From the NCBI RefSeq assembly GCF_018350175.1, contig NC_058368.1, positions 50,469,815-50,533,814 of the forward strand: a DNA stretch of 64,000 nt. Direction: 5' to 3'. The position numbers and the translations under genes were made by a program. This document shows positions 34,566 through 48,329 of the stretch, piece after piece. How positions within the stretch are numbered: position 1 is the stretch's first letter; each line of letters opens with the position of its first letter. This DNA comes from Felis catus. Its lineage: Eukaryota. Under the pieces are notes generated by a model. That model saw only the letters and a program-made list of their open reading frames with translations, was not told where the DNA came from and did not search any database.

Positions 34566-36311
34566 TCGTATTATTTTTGCCATAGGAGCTTAATTTAAAT
34601 AAAATATAACCAGTGTGAAATTCACCTCCTTACTAAGATCTTACCCATTTTGTTGTAACAGATTCAAATGGTTTCAAAAAATTATATAGATTAACTTAAA
34701 TTTAAGCGCATCTATAAAGTTATTTTTCTTTGCAAAATTACTTTGTAAGTAAAATAGCTGACTAGCAGATTAATTATAAAATACCTTGCACAGTCTCTTA
34801 ATAGGGGTAAAAAATATGAGGGATAGTCAGGAAGTGGAAAAGAGGATCGTGTTTGCTGAGTGGGTGAATGTCAGCCTGTCTAGAGCAGAGGGTACAAAAT
34901 GGGGACAACGTCAAGTAATCTGCCTCCAGACAATCAATTACTTTTGGAATTTGTTAAAAAAACACACCTCACAAAAGCGACCTTTAAGTTCAAATATTTA
35001 TTGACCATTTACTATTTGCCAGGAATTGGGCTAAACATTCAAAGATAAGCAAAGCTAGGTCCATTTTCTGGAAGACTCTGGTGGGAGAGTGAGAGAATTT
35101 GGGGAAAACCACATCTAGGTGGTGTCAAGTGGAGGCACCTTTAGAACACCTGCAGGTTTCTTCTGGAACATTGCAGTAGGTCACACAAATAAGTGTTAGG
35201 ATAGAAGGCATACTGAAGAAAGCGAGGTGAAATGTTCTTTCCACAGTTTTAAAAAATAGATTAAACATTCTCCCATTAAACTGTAGTAAATGATCCTTGT
35301 GGTTTTGTGGTTTCAGGTTTATCCTGAGGTTCCCCTGTCCCTTAAACATGAAGAATGACTTTCCCTTTCAACTTCAGGTGTTCCCTTCTCTATCCATGTA
35401 AACACTGAGGATCTGGTAGAAGAGATACATCATTTTGTTGGCCTTGAGGACAGAATCTCACCTTGATGACAGACCAGATTTATAAGCAGAGTGGTCAGAT
35501 TAGGTTCATTAGCGGCACTGATACCTGCTGGCCGTGATGTTGGAAGACCACCTGAGCCCCCTCAAGGAGAGGAAGTTTGGGGTCATCTTCTAGCAACACC
35601 AAATGGAATCATCTAATGTCAAGCATTTGTTTTCCTTGCCTGATGTTCAACTGAATAATATTATGAGAAAAGGATGGAAGGGAGACAGAAAAAGACCAAT
35701 AAACAAAGGGGGGGAGGGTGTGGGAAAGAGAAAAGGTAAAGAAATAATGGGAAGAAGGTTGCAGGTGCTTGAGCGAGAGCTAGAAATGCAGGGCCCTTGG
35801 GAAACATTTGAAAACTGTTTCCTTAGATAAAGAACTTCTGCTCTTTCAGCCTCAACCAGAATAATTGGTGAAACTCTTGCCTTCCCCAAGACAATTTTGT
35901 CTGCAGGAGGGTTCTTGTGGGGCTCAGGAATTATTCCTCAGGCAGCTGTCAACCCTGTTGACTATTTTCTTCATAGCTGTGAGCTGACAGTTGCGTATCA
36001 TTCCTGTTTCCACATGATTCTCTTCTACCCTGCCAGACTGCTTCCCCTGTGGAACTGCTTGTGATGCAGAATGGGAAGCTGATGCTGTGTCCCCTGTGTA
36101 AGGCACGCCCCATTCTGTGGTCTCTGTGCCTGTGGCCTGGCCACTATACCACACGGGACAGACAGAGGCCTGGGCATGTGCTCCATGACAGGTCCTTCCT
36201 TACACTGCACACTCACTGCAGCATGGAAGCCAACACAACCTCTGGTGTTCTCACCTCCTCTCTGGCATTGTTCTAGTATAATAGCATGACCCATCTCTTG
36301 CAGTCTAAGCT

Positions 36312-36492
36312 GGCTGTTCTCAAACTGGATCATGCATCAGAATTACCTGCAAGGTTTGTTAACACAGACTGCTGGTCTTCACCCTCAGATATTCTCATTC
36401 AGTAGGTCTGAGGTAGGTTCAGTTGCCTAGGAGATGCTGAGACTCCAAATTCAGACCTTTAAATATAGCATTTCTCACTTTGAGAACCTCTG
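36312..36492. mobile_element. MER5A hAT-Charlie element
   Basis: GTTCTCAAACT...GCATCAGAATTACCTG...CAGTAGGTCTG...CACTTTGAGAACC. Confidence 0.85.
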
Positions 36493-36564
36493 ACCTAATC
36501 CATAGCATTGAGCTTGTCATTCTCTTTGCTTCAGCTTAATATCTTACAGCTTTCTTCTGTCTTC

Positions 36565-36985
36565 TGTGGGGGAGTGGGGAGAACAGTTGTGTGAGTGTCA
36601 TAGCAGTCCAAGCCAAAGGGTGGTGACAGAAAAAATGGAAAGTGACCAGGATTAGGGATACGTTAGAGGTAGTGCCCACAGGACTTACTGGGGGAAGTGA
36701 ATAAGGAATACAGGGGGAAAGAAATTATGGACATGGGCCGGAGCAACAATGAATGATGTTAATTTGCTGAATCGAGGACGTAAGTTAGCACAATGGGGAG
36801 TGGAGGTTGGATATCAGTTCTGTTTTGATATGTAATTTGAGATGTCCCTCCAACACCAGAGTGGAGATCTCAAGTAGAGGGTGGATATGTGAATCTTGAA
36901 CTCAGGGAAGACACATAAGTTCTAGGATCCACAGAAATCAAATGATATTAATGCCATAGGTCTGGGAGAAATGTGTAGACTTGGG
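36565..36985 (-). mobile_element. L2 LINE fragment
   Basis: AGTTCTGTTTTGATATGTAATTTGAGATGTC...AGTGGAGATCTCAAGTAG is the antisense L2 RT C-terminal region. Confidence 0.7.
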
Positions 36986-38039
36986 AAAAATAGCGGTGAG
37001 TACTCCAGGCACTGGGCCCTTTGGTTTCATTATCTCATACAAGGCCTCAATGTGCTCACATCTGAGATGAAAATAGAGATTTAGGAAAGAGGAAGCTTGA
37101 CCTACAGTTTGTGATTGAGTAGGGTGAGAATTAGATCAACTGTGCTGAATAGTACAAAAGGCTATATAGTCTTAGCCACTATGCTACCCTGGGGAATGCC
37201 ATTAATGTGATGGCTAAGTACGAATTTAAAATCTTTTTTAGACCTTCACATAAAATATATTTAAAAAGTAGAATTGGAAACATGGACTAATGACTTAAAC
37301 AGTGAATACAACATGCTGTAATGTATTTTTACTTGATCCTTGATAAGTCTAAGCAGTAATAAGGATTATGTCATTTAGATCTTAAAAGATTTATCTTAAG
37401 ACTTTGATAAATGCCGAGTCCATGATTGCAGTTATCTTAAAATAACTCACTCAATTAATTTTAAGTGTGTGTAGAGGGGGCAGGGTGTAGAAATGGGATC
37501 ACTTTGTATGAATGATGGGTAGCTTTTGGCATGCTAACAAGAGCGATAAAGTAGGAATGGAGATGTCAGCAGGTGCACTCCCCAACACAGCTGCCACTTG
37601 CAAATTGGAAAGAAAAATAATATTAGGCCTAGTGTGAGCAGAGCTAAACCAGGATTTAAGAATTTCCGAAAGCCTAGAAAATCCTCAGAGGGAAAAGCAA
37701 GAAAGAAATGAACCAAGAACTAAATATTGAGGGCAGCATTCTGTGAAAAAAGAAAAAAATGCCTTAAAATAAGTATTTAAAAGACCTAAAAAATGGAAAT
37801 AAAATATTGTTGTAAAATACTGAGCTTGACTATTGAGGGTGTCTGTTTGTGTCAGACAAAATCCAGACTCCAGACATGTCCCATTATCATATAACACATT
37901 CTAGCCAAAATTGTTCATTAAAAGCAGAGAAAGGTAGATTCCTACAGTAATCACATATTATTATCTAATATATTCACAGCCTCTCCCTAAGGCAAGATAA
38001 GGACAGCGGGAAATTTTTTATCATGCATGCATTTATTCT

Positions 38040-38240
38040 AGACAGAAGTCCTAGTTTCAATCTCTGCTCCTCCTGACCAGCTATGTAAACTTGGACAAAA
38101 TAGTTAACCAAGCATCAGTTTCCACAAGTAAAAGGGAATAATAATAATACCACCTTGTCAACTTATTAAGAAATTAAAGGAGAAAATTCATGTGATCTGC
38201 TCTGCAACATGACTAGACACTCAACAAATAATTGCTTTTG
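38040..38240 (+). mobile_element. MIR SINE
   Basis: ACCAGCTATGTAAACTTGGACAA...CAGTTTCC...AATAATAATACCACCT...CACTCAACAAAT. Confidence 0.7.
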
Positions 38241-41200
38241 CTATTAATCGTAGATCCTGATCTCTAAGATATATGATCAAGTAGAAAGAAAATTGAAATC
38301 CACCTCTAATATAAAGCAGAATAAGGTAAAGGTCAAGTGAATATAAATAATGATATAGAATAGTGTCTCTGTGTGCCCATAGTAGTCGGCCAAGGCTAGT
38401 GATTTAAGCCAGTCGTTGAGTCCAATTGCTCATAGAGGTTGGAAGTCTATCATTCCTGGCATTCAAAATCCTGAAGCAGGGGTAGATTGGAGGAGAACAT
38501 AATTCAATTGTGGTTTGATTTGAGAAAGCTTTTGGAAAGTTTACTAGTTGGCATCATAGAAGCATTTCATAAAATCATGTATTTGTTTCTGAAGATAAGA
38601 AGCTGGATTTTGTTCCAGGGCTTTGTGAAAGTATTTTCCTTAGGAGCACCAATTCCAATGATCATTTTTGGGATTTTGTTTTTTTAAAATGCCTTCACAC
38701 ATTTTTTGGAGTATTCCAATTGGTACGGTATCCGTAGTATTTGAGAGAAGATTGATTTTTTCTTGGCCAAAATCCACCTGAACAAAATATTGAATTATAT
38801 CACCTTTAAAATAATTTTGGCTAAAAGCTAAGTAGTTCTCTAATGACACGTGGCATTAAAAAAACAATTTGTACATTATCTGTCAAGTCACTATGTTTAT
38901 TTGGATTGTGCGTATTTTGGCGTGTTAATTCATCCACTTATTACCATTACTTTATAGTCTCATTTTTATATATGTTTATGATGAGAAATTGATAGGTGTG
39001 ATACAATTATTAGAGAACAAATATATCTAGAATGTTACATCCTGTGATTATTATAGGGGAGTGCTTTGTGATTCAAGAACTTTTTTGCCAAAGCTACAAA
39101 GAGTCTCTACTTCCTGCAAAGAGATTATGACCAAATTTATCACCACCAATGTGATCTACCATCCATCTTCTTCAGGTACCTTGTTTTCCCTGTTTCAGTC
39201 ATCCTCAGCTAGCTCCTTGAAGACTATATTCCTGACAGCTCCCACAATTCACCAACACATCTGTCTCTGAGACAGTCCTGACATATTGATGCAATACCAC
39301 ATGTTCCCTATTCGATTTAAAATTTAAAATTTCAATATGAGGAAAGCTATCATACCACAATCACATTTAATTCTTTCAACAACCAGCAAATATGTTAACA
39401 TATTTTAAAATCACAGGAGGTTAAAACTAGAACAAATTTGAGTAAATTGTAAAGGTGAGCAAGAACACTTTTGTCTGGTTCAAATTGTTGAATGTTTTCT
39501 TTCACTTCCTCAATTCTAGTTTAGTGAGTCTAAGACTTACAGTGTGTAAATATCACTATATATTATAGTTAATTTAAAGGACTTCCTAGGAGTAGATTTG
39601 AAGTAGATTTTATTTTGGCCTTAGCTCTGATTTTAGAGCCACCGCCTCTCTCTTCAACCCCTAGCCCCCTGCAAAGGTACACACGTAAGATTTACCTCCA
39701 TCTTAACTCCCCATCTTCATATTGATGTGCCTCAGAAGTAGGTCATGCTCCTAGATCATTCCCCAAAAGCTCACCTTCCATTGTACCTTTTTATGCCACT
39801 GTGGAACTGATACATACCTTATTGCTCTGGTAACATTCTTTCCCTGTTAGTTCTGGGTCTCTGTCTAGTCCTGAGACCCTGTCTGAGCTGCCAGTAAGTG
39901 AACAGAGCCCTGCAGCATTGACTTAATTTTGTCCCCCTCCTTCCCTGGAATTAGAGCATTGACTCCACCACCCTGAGGGCCTCTCACTTGACTCTGATAA
40001 GGGAGTCCCACCTCAGCTCTTTTCTGTCTCTATACTAATATTCCACACCAGCACTGACCTGCCTACTTTTTTGGTTGTTACTATTGCTGACAGAATACCA
40101 CCAGAGCCAGTTTTGTTTTCTGAGCTATTATAACTCCAGTGTTTATGTCTCATCCAAGAACCTAATTCCCTCCTGCTCTCTCAGTTTTGTAGGCTTTCAG
40201 TAAGAAAAGAAGAACTGTATTGCTGAATCTATGGATAAAATATACCAAGTTTTATAGAATGCAAGCCTTTTTGAATTGTGTAGTAAAGAAGACACTGGTT
40301 TAGTTCTCATCCTGACCAGGTTCTAACTTTACCACTGATTAGATTTATAATTGCAACAAGTAACCTATCTTCTCTCCCCTCAGTGTCCTCATCTGTTAGA
40401 GTTATTGTGATAATTAAATATGATCATATGTGAAAGGTGCCTAGCAGGGATTACACAGTTTATTTTCCAGTATGAAAAAAACTTATCTCCCCTTCCTTCA
40501 TTTTAGGATATGAAAAAGGGGAGGAGGTATCACTTTCTTCTTGGGATGAGAATCCTCCTCATAAGTATGGATTTCCAACTTGAACTAGAATAGGAAAATC
40601 TTTAGAGCCCAGTTTGATTCCAACTTGGTTAATTCAAATTTGTTTTAACATTAGCCATTTGCTGCTCTCCAGAAGAATTTTTGCCAGCGTTATATCCATC
40701 TGACCTTCTGCAATGAAAGAGAATGGAATTGTAGTAACTAGGTACAAGAGGAGGGCATAAGCAGATGTAACTAATATGGTCGGTGAAAACTGGTGAGGTG
40801 AGCTGAAAAATAAGACACGTGGAGTTCATTTGCAGATTAGTTATTATTTTACTACAAAAAGAAGTGATGTGTATGACCCACAGCTAAAAAATAAATTCAG
40901 GCTTTTAAGACAAAGTGGCAGCTTAACTTTTACTGAATTTTTCTTTTCTGTCTCTTAGGAGATTCTGATATTTTCTTTATGTTGCAGCACTCAGTAACTT
41001 ATATACTGACTTATAAATTAAGCATACAAGAGGTGGTGTAGTTTATATGTTAAATATTATTCTATATGTTGGAAGAGAGGTTTAAAAAAACCTATTGTGC
41101 CCTAAGACTTCTTTTTTTAAATTGCAAATTAAATTATTAGTAATAAATGTTACAAGGAAGGTATATAAATAGACATACAGCAAGTTGCCATTAGTCATAC

Positions 41201-41656
41201 AGAGAAGCAGAGCAGAGCTGGAATCAAAACACACATTTCTCAACCAAGAATATGTAGGTAGCTGCCTACATGGTATAATTTGGTGGTGAGATTTTCCTAC
41301 CCCAAAATATCTCTACTGAAATTTTATTACTTCTTTTGGTTAATCTGAGACCAACTAAATATTCTAGAAGGGTTATGACAGTAAAGAAGTTAACAGACCT
41401 TAATAAAAGCAGTCACAGAAATATAACACCTTAGAGTTAGAAGAGTTGTTTCATTGGCATTTAATTCAGTTCCTCACCCAATTCCTGTGAAGTTCCTCTT
41501 TGTTTCTTCTGACTGGTGGTCATCCAGGCAAAATGCTCTCAGTAAGTTCCTCTCCTCAGAGAGCAGACCATTCCACTGGTGGCCATCTCTTTTCCTTTTT
41601 CAGCTTTATTGAGATATAATTCACATAGCACATATGTTAACTTTGTGATGTACAGA

Positions 41657-41775
41657 TTTTTTATTTGTTTTAGTTTTTTTTTTCCCAAGTGGGCTCCACA
41701 CACAATGTGTGCTTGAACTCATGACCCTGAGAGCAGGAGTCTCATGCTCTACTGACTGAGTGAGCTAGGTGCCCC
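41657..41775 (-). mobile_element. short old Can-SINE inserted in an antisense L1 3'-end fragment (~41590-41800)
   Basis: CTTGAACTCATGACCCTGAGA...ATGCTCTACTGACTGAG...GGTGCCCC; flank CAGCTTTATTGAGATATAATTCACATA is an L1 terminus. Confidence 0.8.
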
Positions 41776-41929
41776 AAGGTATACAACGTTTTGATTTGAT
41801 GATACAAGATGATGGTGATATCATTTTTTTGGTTCCTCCCTCTCCTTTGCTTCTCATATCAAATGAATTACAAAAATCCTGTTGGTTCTGCTAGCCTTCT
41901 CTTATGGTGAGAAGACTTTTTGGCACTGA

Positions 41930-42160
41930 GGCACAGTGATGAAGAGCAAAAGGCTGGACTGTGGAGTTGAAGACACGTGATTATTTATCTTGGTTCTGTC
42001 CTTTTCTACTTGTGTAAACTTGGCATGTATGGCAGATGGTTAGGACTTTAACTCATTCATCTAGAAAAGAGATAAAATGCCTACATCATAAAGTTGTTGG
42101 GGCTGATTGAAATAAGTTATATAATTGCTACATATAACACCTGGTAACGCCTCAAAACTT
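41930..42160 (+). mobile_element. MIR SINE, degenerate
   Basis: CAGTGATGAAGAGC head, TGTGTAAACTTGGCA, TGCCTACATCATAAAGTTGTTG. Confidence 0.55.
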
Positions 42161-42549
42161 AAATGCTGTTTCCTTCTCTTTACTCATCCAAAGTGTCCCT
42201 CATGGTAACCTCTACTAATTAGTTTTAGGTCTGCTTTCTGGATCCACAAATTAGGTTTTGTTTCTCTCTTCATTTCTCTCTCCTTCTTCATTTCTCCCTC
42301 CCTGCCCCATTTTTCCTTACTTTCTATATTTAACAAGGAGAATGAATGGTGATCTCTTTCTCTGATTTATCAGTGTCATAAGCATGCGGAAAAAATAATG
42401 TGGTTGTTTTAACATAACTTCTTCCACCTAAAACTGATATTAATATCCTTAATTATTAATGTATTTTTTATTAGTACCCCAAATCCATCTGCTTGATCAC
42501 CGATAACTAAACCAGACTTTTATGTAATGTCAAATGAACTATTTTTCCT

Positions 42550-43100
42550 TAAATTTTCTTTCTTCCTTTCAAAGTAAGGATACCACTTGCTCATATTCTT
42601 ATATTTGACACAACTACTTTAATATTTAATATTGTCCATAGATAAAGTTTGAAATGTAATTGGACTACTGATAAAAATTCATCTAAAATATCTAGAAAGT
42701 CTTACCATTTACTGTTTGGTTTTCTAATCTATTTTATTTGGCTTATTGTTTCCAATTTGAAGATTTTTCTCTTAGGTAGAGAAAAGCTGAATTGTTTTGT
42801 CTTATTTTTATCATCTGTTAGTGTTAGACCATCTGTTCCAAGCACTGAGGCTATTCCTTTTTTATTCTTCTTGCCCAAACATATTTAAAATAAAGCCTTT
42901 TCAGTTCTGTGCCATTATTTTCAAGTCTTAGTTCATTCTGGGTTTTAACATTCCTGAGACAGAGCTTGGAAGTATCATAATACTCCTGTTTATTTATTCT
43001 TGATGTGGACTTTCCTTCTCATCTTTCGTCCATGTGCTTTAAAAACCACCACACTTAATAGAAGGCCCTCTGTGCTACTCTGACTTTCTCTTTTTCTTCA
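42550..43100 (-). mobile_element. CR1/L3 LINE ORF2 fragment
   Basis: Minus strand 42960-42781 translates (one frameshift) RNVKTQNELRL...KRLYFKYV / KKNKKGIASVLGTDGLTLTDDKNKTKQF, resembling the CR1 ORF2 linker between EN and RT. Confidence 0.7.
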
Positions 43101-43530
43101 TTTGTATTTGTATACTCAAAATTTAATATTTAAAACTTAAAATTAAATTCTCTTTTGAGAATTGGAAAATCTTCTTTGGATCTGAACATAGGATCGATCA
43201 TACTTTCCTCTGATAGGCACCAAATTTTATGAATTAACTTGTTGGTAAGTTATACATCTGTGTGGTCATTTTATATACATCTGTTTCTCACACTGGACTC
43301 AAACTCCCTAAGGTCAGGAATCATGGCTTTTTTCTTAACATAGTTTTCTCAATGACTTACACAGGGTCTAGAGCATAAAAGGCATTCCGTGGGAACTCAC
43401 TAAGTGCAATTATTTAATAAATATTAGCTTCAAGTATCTGTTTGTCCTCAGCTTTGCCCAGAGCTCAGGTGCTTGAATCTTCTGAGCAGACAAAAGGCTG
43501 AGAGCACAACACAATAAATAGATGGTTTTC

Positions 43531-43742
43531 GGGGTGCCTGGGTGGCTGAGTCGGTTAAGCGTCCGACTTCAGCTCAGGTCCTGATCTCAGGGTTTGTGAG
43601 TTTGAGCCCCGCATCGGGCTCTGTGCTGATGGCTCAGAGCCTGGAGCCTGCTTTGGATTCTGTGTCTCCTTCTCTCTATGCCCCTCCCCCAACTTGTGCT
43701 CTGTCCCACTCTGTTTCTCAAAAATAAATGTAAAAAAAAAAA
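43531..43742 (+). mobile_element. Can-SINE (feline type)
   Basis: 15-bp TSD AAATAGATG(G/A)TTTTC at 43516-43530 and 43743-43757. Confidence 0.97.
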
Positions 43743-45219
43743 AAATAGATGATTTTCCTTGTTAGGAACAGAGGAAGGTCCAACAAGCTGGCACAAGAAT
43801 TGTTTCCCTTTTTTCATTCTTCCGCTGCTAAAAACTGCTGAAATTTTCACAAACTGCTGCTCTCAGACCAAGGTCACATAATACTTCCATTTCACTTACA
43901 TATTCATGTTTTTAACCCATGAGTCATTTATTTCCAACCAACCCCAAAGCAGCAACATAAAGGCACATTCCAAGCTCATGGTATTTGTCTGACACTTCTG
44001 TGTTGACCAGGTAGATTTAGTCAAGTTTTAGTAAGACAGTGCCCGAAACCCAGCTCCCTGGATATTGTGTGGAAAAGGTCTAGATGTCGCTGACACATAA
44101 TGATGAATTTGCAGCAGTCTGAGGACAGAAGAGCTGGAGCCATCATGACTTGGAGAGACCCCCTTAAGTTTCTCTTCTTATTTTTTTTTCTGACTTTTTA
44201 AATCAGGAGTGTTTTCAAAACTAAGGGGCAAAAAAAAAAAAGGAAGAAAAATATTGCTGACTATAATTTTAAAGTATTTCAATAGATTTTGAATAACTTT
44301 ATCCATGTGGAAGGAATTGACATTTAATGCAGTAGAAGGTGAGGTGAAATAAAGATAAAATAGCTAACCTTTGAACTATAATAAATAGTTCTTGGAGAGT
44401 GGTGTGTTGAACTTAAAACTGTATTCACGGATCGCAAAGAATGGCAAGCTGAGCTAAAGCTTCCATCCAAAAACATGATATAGAGTAAAACAATTAAAAA
44501 TTATGTATTTGAGCTCCAAAGGAAAGATATCCTCAGGACCCAGGACAGGAGAAAACCGACAGCTCTGTGGTGCAAGTCGGGAGTTTCTGACCTGGAATGA
44601 AGGTCCGACAGCCCATTCAGGTACCGGTTTTGGGGTCTGTTGTACAATGGATGCTACTCTGTATTACAGTTATTCTCTTCTTATCTCGAACCCTTCAGTA
44701 AAGGGTCTTTAAAAAGCCCCAGATTGGTTTTTGCTCTGCTTCAGGGAACAGGGAGAACAGGGCTTCCTCCCTGAGGCAATAGCAGGGCTTTGAGGCACTG
44801 GGGGCAGCTGAGCTGTGGCCACGTGAGAGGACTGAAGACTGAGGCACTGCCACAGAGCAGAAACACAGAGAGCCATGGTGAGCCAAGGGCTGGTGGGGGG
44901 ACTTTGCAGGAAGGGCAAATTCTCATTATTTGACCACTTAGAGCTCCTGTCATAATAATACAAGTGTGGGAAAAGGTATTTCTTTATTTTGAAGCCAAAA
45001 ACAAGTGAGACTTTTGATATGGGGCTCATATAAACTAGAATGGAAAGAGCCTTAGCATCTTTCTACCTTACACATAGTGGGACTGAGTACCACAAAGATT
45101 CCTATATGTTATGGAAAAGTTGATGTTATGAGCTAGGATTCTAGCTTCTGGTCCATAGACTTACCTCTATACTGCACTTCCTTTGTGGCAGGGATCAAAG
45201 AGGGATTCGGCATGGCATG

Positions 45220-45410
45220 AGAAGCGAAAAGACAGCGTTCTGGAACAAGTGAGCCTTAGTTTGAATCCAGGCCTCACCCTTAAAGAGTGACCCTAAGCAA
45301 GTCACTTAACTTCCAGTGCCTCAGTTTCCTCATCTGTAAAAAGGGGATAGTAACAATACTAAATTCATATGGATGTTACAAAAGTTAAATGAGGCTGACA
45401 TGTGTACTTC
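45220..45410 (+). mobile_element. MIR SINE
   Basis: Well-kept core GCAAGTCACTTAACTTCCAGTGCCTCAGTTTCCTCATCTGTAAAA. Confidence 0.88.
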
Positions 45411-45719
45411 AATGTAAATGTCATTAAGTATTCAGAAAATTGCAGCTACTACACTGAGCTATGCTGTGGCTCCAACCTACCTTCTCTGTCTTCTCTCTTC
45501 TACGTGCCCTTGCCCCTGTCATCCAGTGTGTTGCCATGTTGCCCTTCTTGCTCTTTCCAGAATGCCCACATGCTATTCTATCTGCCTGAAATGACTTTCT
45601 GCTTCCTTGTATATATCTCAGCTCTGAGATCAAATCTTTTACTTCAAAATCTTTCTCCAGACTTCTTACTCATCCTCACTCCTTTAATTAAATGCTCTGT
45701 CCTACCTGCTCCCAAGTAC

Positions 45720-45974
45720 ATTTTATTCGGAAAAGAGAGAGAGAACACATGAGTGGGGGAGAAGGCCTGAGGGAAGGGGGGGGGGAGAGACCGAGAAGAG
45801 TGGGGGGGAGAGAGAGAGCGAGGGAGAGAGAGGGAGAGGGAGAGAGAGAATCTCAAGCAGGTTCCACACTCAGTGCAAAGCCCAACGCAGGGCTCGATCC
45901 CATGACCCTGGGATAATAACAAGAGGTGAAATAGAGAGGCAGACACTCAACCAACTGAGCCATCCAGGTGCCTC
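45720..45974 (-). mobile_element. Can-SINE, older carnivore-wide type with expanded G/A tract
   Basis: GAATCTCAAGCAGGTTCCACACTCAG...GGGCTCGATCCCATGACCCTG...CTGAGCCATCCAGGTGCC. Confidence 0.92.
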
Positions 45975-46201
45975 CAGCTGCATTTTATAAATGTTTCCTT
46001 TAGCAGTTTCCACATCAGATTATTATCATGGTGTTGTGTCTCTGGTTTCCTATGTGACTGTGATGTCCTTAATGGTAGGCATATGGTTTAATCATCCTTT
46101 TAGTGTTAATATCTTGTTCCTAATAGTTTCTCAACAGTAGCTCATTTCAAAATACTGAGTATATGGCTGCCCACGCCACCTTTTTTAATTGAAAATACCT
46201 A

Positions 46202-46210
46202 ACACACGCG

Positions 46211-46256
<46 letters not shown>
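46202..46256. repeat. (CA)/(CG) compound microsatellite ending in (CA)19
   Basis: Read directly. Confidence 0.97.
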
Positions 46257-46260
<4 letters not shown>

Positions 46261-48329
46261 CACTACTCTGTCCTTGCCTGACTTTTCTGCTCAGCCTATA
46301 TTCCCATTTAACATACTATGCCTTTTTATGTATGCACCTTATTTATTACAATAATTTTGTAAAATGCTTAGAATTCTGTACAGCAAACCTATCTAGTAAA
46401 TGTTGCTCACTGTTGTCGTTATTGATATCACTATTAGTTGCTCTGCTATTTTGAACAGTGACAGTGTTATTTGTATTTACTATCCCTAGTATTATTACCC
46501 AGCTCCTGTCATTCTAAATGGTAAAAGAGAGCAGACCCTTCCTTGTGCTTTATTCTGTCCTATGCAAGCACAATTGATATATTTTGTCGGTAACCACAAT
46601 TAAGCTGTTACTCTTTTACATAAAGATTTCTTATTTTCGAGTGAATGATTTGCAAAAATGCCAGACCCAGATTCCATCAGCTATATGACCTGGGGCAAGC
46701 TCCTTCATCTATCTTTAAAACAGACGGTTGGGAAAATCAAAGGAAGTTTGAATGTTGACTCCACTGTCATTTTCTAATGGCAATGCCCCTGAATTCCTTG
46801 ACACACTCTTTCAGAGAAGTGAGTTTCTCCCACTCAGAGTTAGTGTGTGGTGTATGACCTCCCAGCCATCCTGACATGACGCACAGTCCCTTCCTGTTTC
46901 TTCATTCACTGTTTGACAGGTGAAGAAGACAGCCAAGAATTGTGTCCTTGTCCTCACTGAATCCACAGGCTCCCACTCATAACTTCTCATCAGATGCTCC
47001 TGGAATATTGTTTAGCACAACCCACTTTCTAAAACTGCCTGCCTGGCATTTTCTAGTCAGTGTGCTACAGGACTAGGGGTCAAGGCCACATCTGTCTCCT
47101 CCTCAAGGATATTACTCCCTAGAGGAAAACATGAAATTCTCTGTTCTTGTTTTTATAGACCCAGAGGCATACCAGTTCTCTCTGGGGTCTAGTGTGGTCG
47201 GGACAGTCTTTCTTATGAAAAAGAAATGCTTGGGTCCCTTCTTGGGTTATCTTCCAGGGAAGATAACTGGCTTCTTTCATCAAACCTCTGTTATGGAGGT
47301 GCTGTGAGATTAATGAGCTAATGTTTATGAAGTGCCTTGAGGAAAAAAAAGGAGATTAAAAAGAACAACTCACCAAAAACCCCTTCATCTAAAGTAAACC
47401 TTTTCTGACCTGCTCATTAGAGCTCATTTCCAGCACTGAGATTCTTGAAAGCCTGTATGAACCACTTGAAATTTACCAGAGGTTTTATTTTCATATTTGA
47501 GAACAGGGAATAGTGAGTTTTCTCTCTCTAGGTTTTTTTAATTTCAAATTTGTGCTTCCTTACAAGATTTCTTAATGTTTAGTGCCAATGGGGGATGGTA
47601 AAATAAAATGAATGTTTCAAGAGTGATAGCAAGCCAGGAATCACTCACTGCCACTACCAACAATGTAATAATAAGCAAACATTTTAATTAATTTCTTTCT
47701 TATCACAGAAGAACTGTATTTACCCAAAAGTTGAGAAAAATACAGTGGGGAAAGCCTTTCTTGAAGAAACTTTGGTAGCTTTGCAGAAACCTCTCATTCA
47801 GTTATAAGCTATTCTACTGAATTCAGTGAATCCTCACTCTTCCCTCAAATTAAATTTTGTGGGCACATCTGTTACATAATGTATTGTGATTACACATGAC
47901 TGCTAAAATTGTTTACAGAGAGCTTTCACATCTGTTGGAATGGCTGTCTCACAGAGAAACTATGTGGAGAATTAGTTACAGTTTGTAAATGCTACAGCGG
48001 CACTAACTCCTTAGTATGATCATCATGAGTCTGGGGTTGCCAGGTGATCCTCTGATGGGAAACTTTCCAGAGGAAGTCTGGCCCAAGAAGGAACCTAGGC
48101 TAAGAATGTCTCTTTCCTTTAGCACTTAATTTAGCTGATTCACGGGTAGCTCCTGGTTCCTTCTTCTACCATATTGTCTCCTTCCCAATGTGAAAAATTA
48201 TATATACACAGCCATTGGACTTTTAAAAGGCATTGTGTATGTGTAATAAAAGCTTCAAACATTACTGCGGGAAAAACTACCTTTAACCATAATTATCCTT
48301 ATCCATAATAGTGTCATATATGACTATGT

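Noticed and set aside
44100..44122. C box ATGATGA and D box CTGA
   Set aside because: Only about 12 nt apart with no terminal stem; too short for a C/D snoRNA
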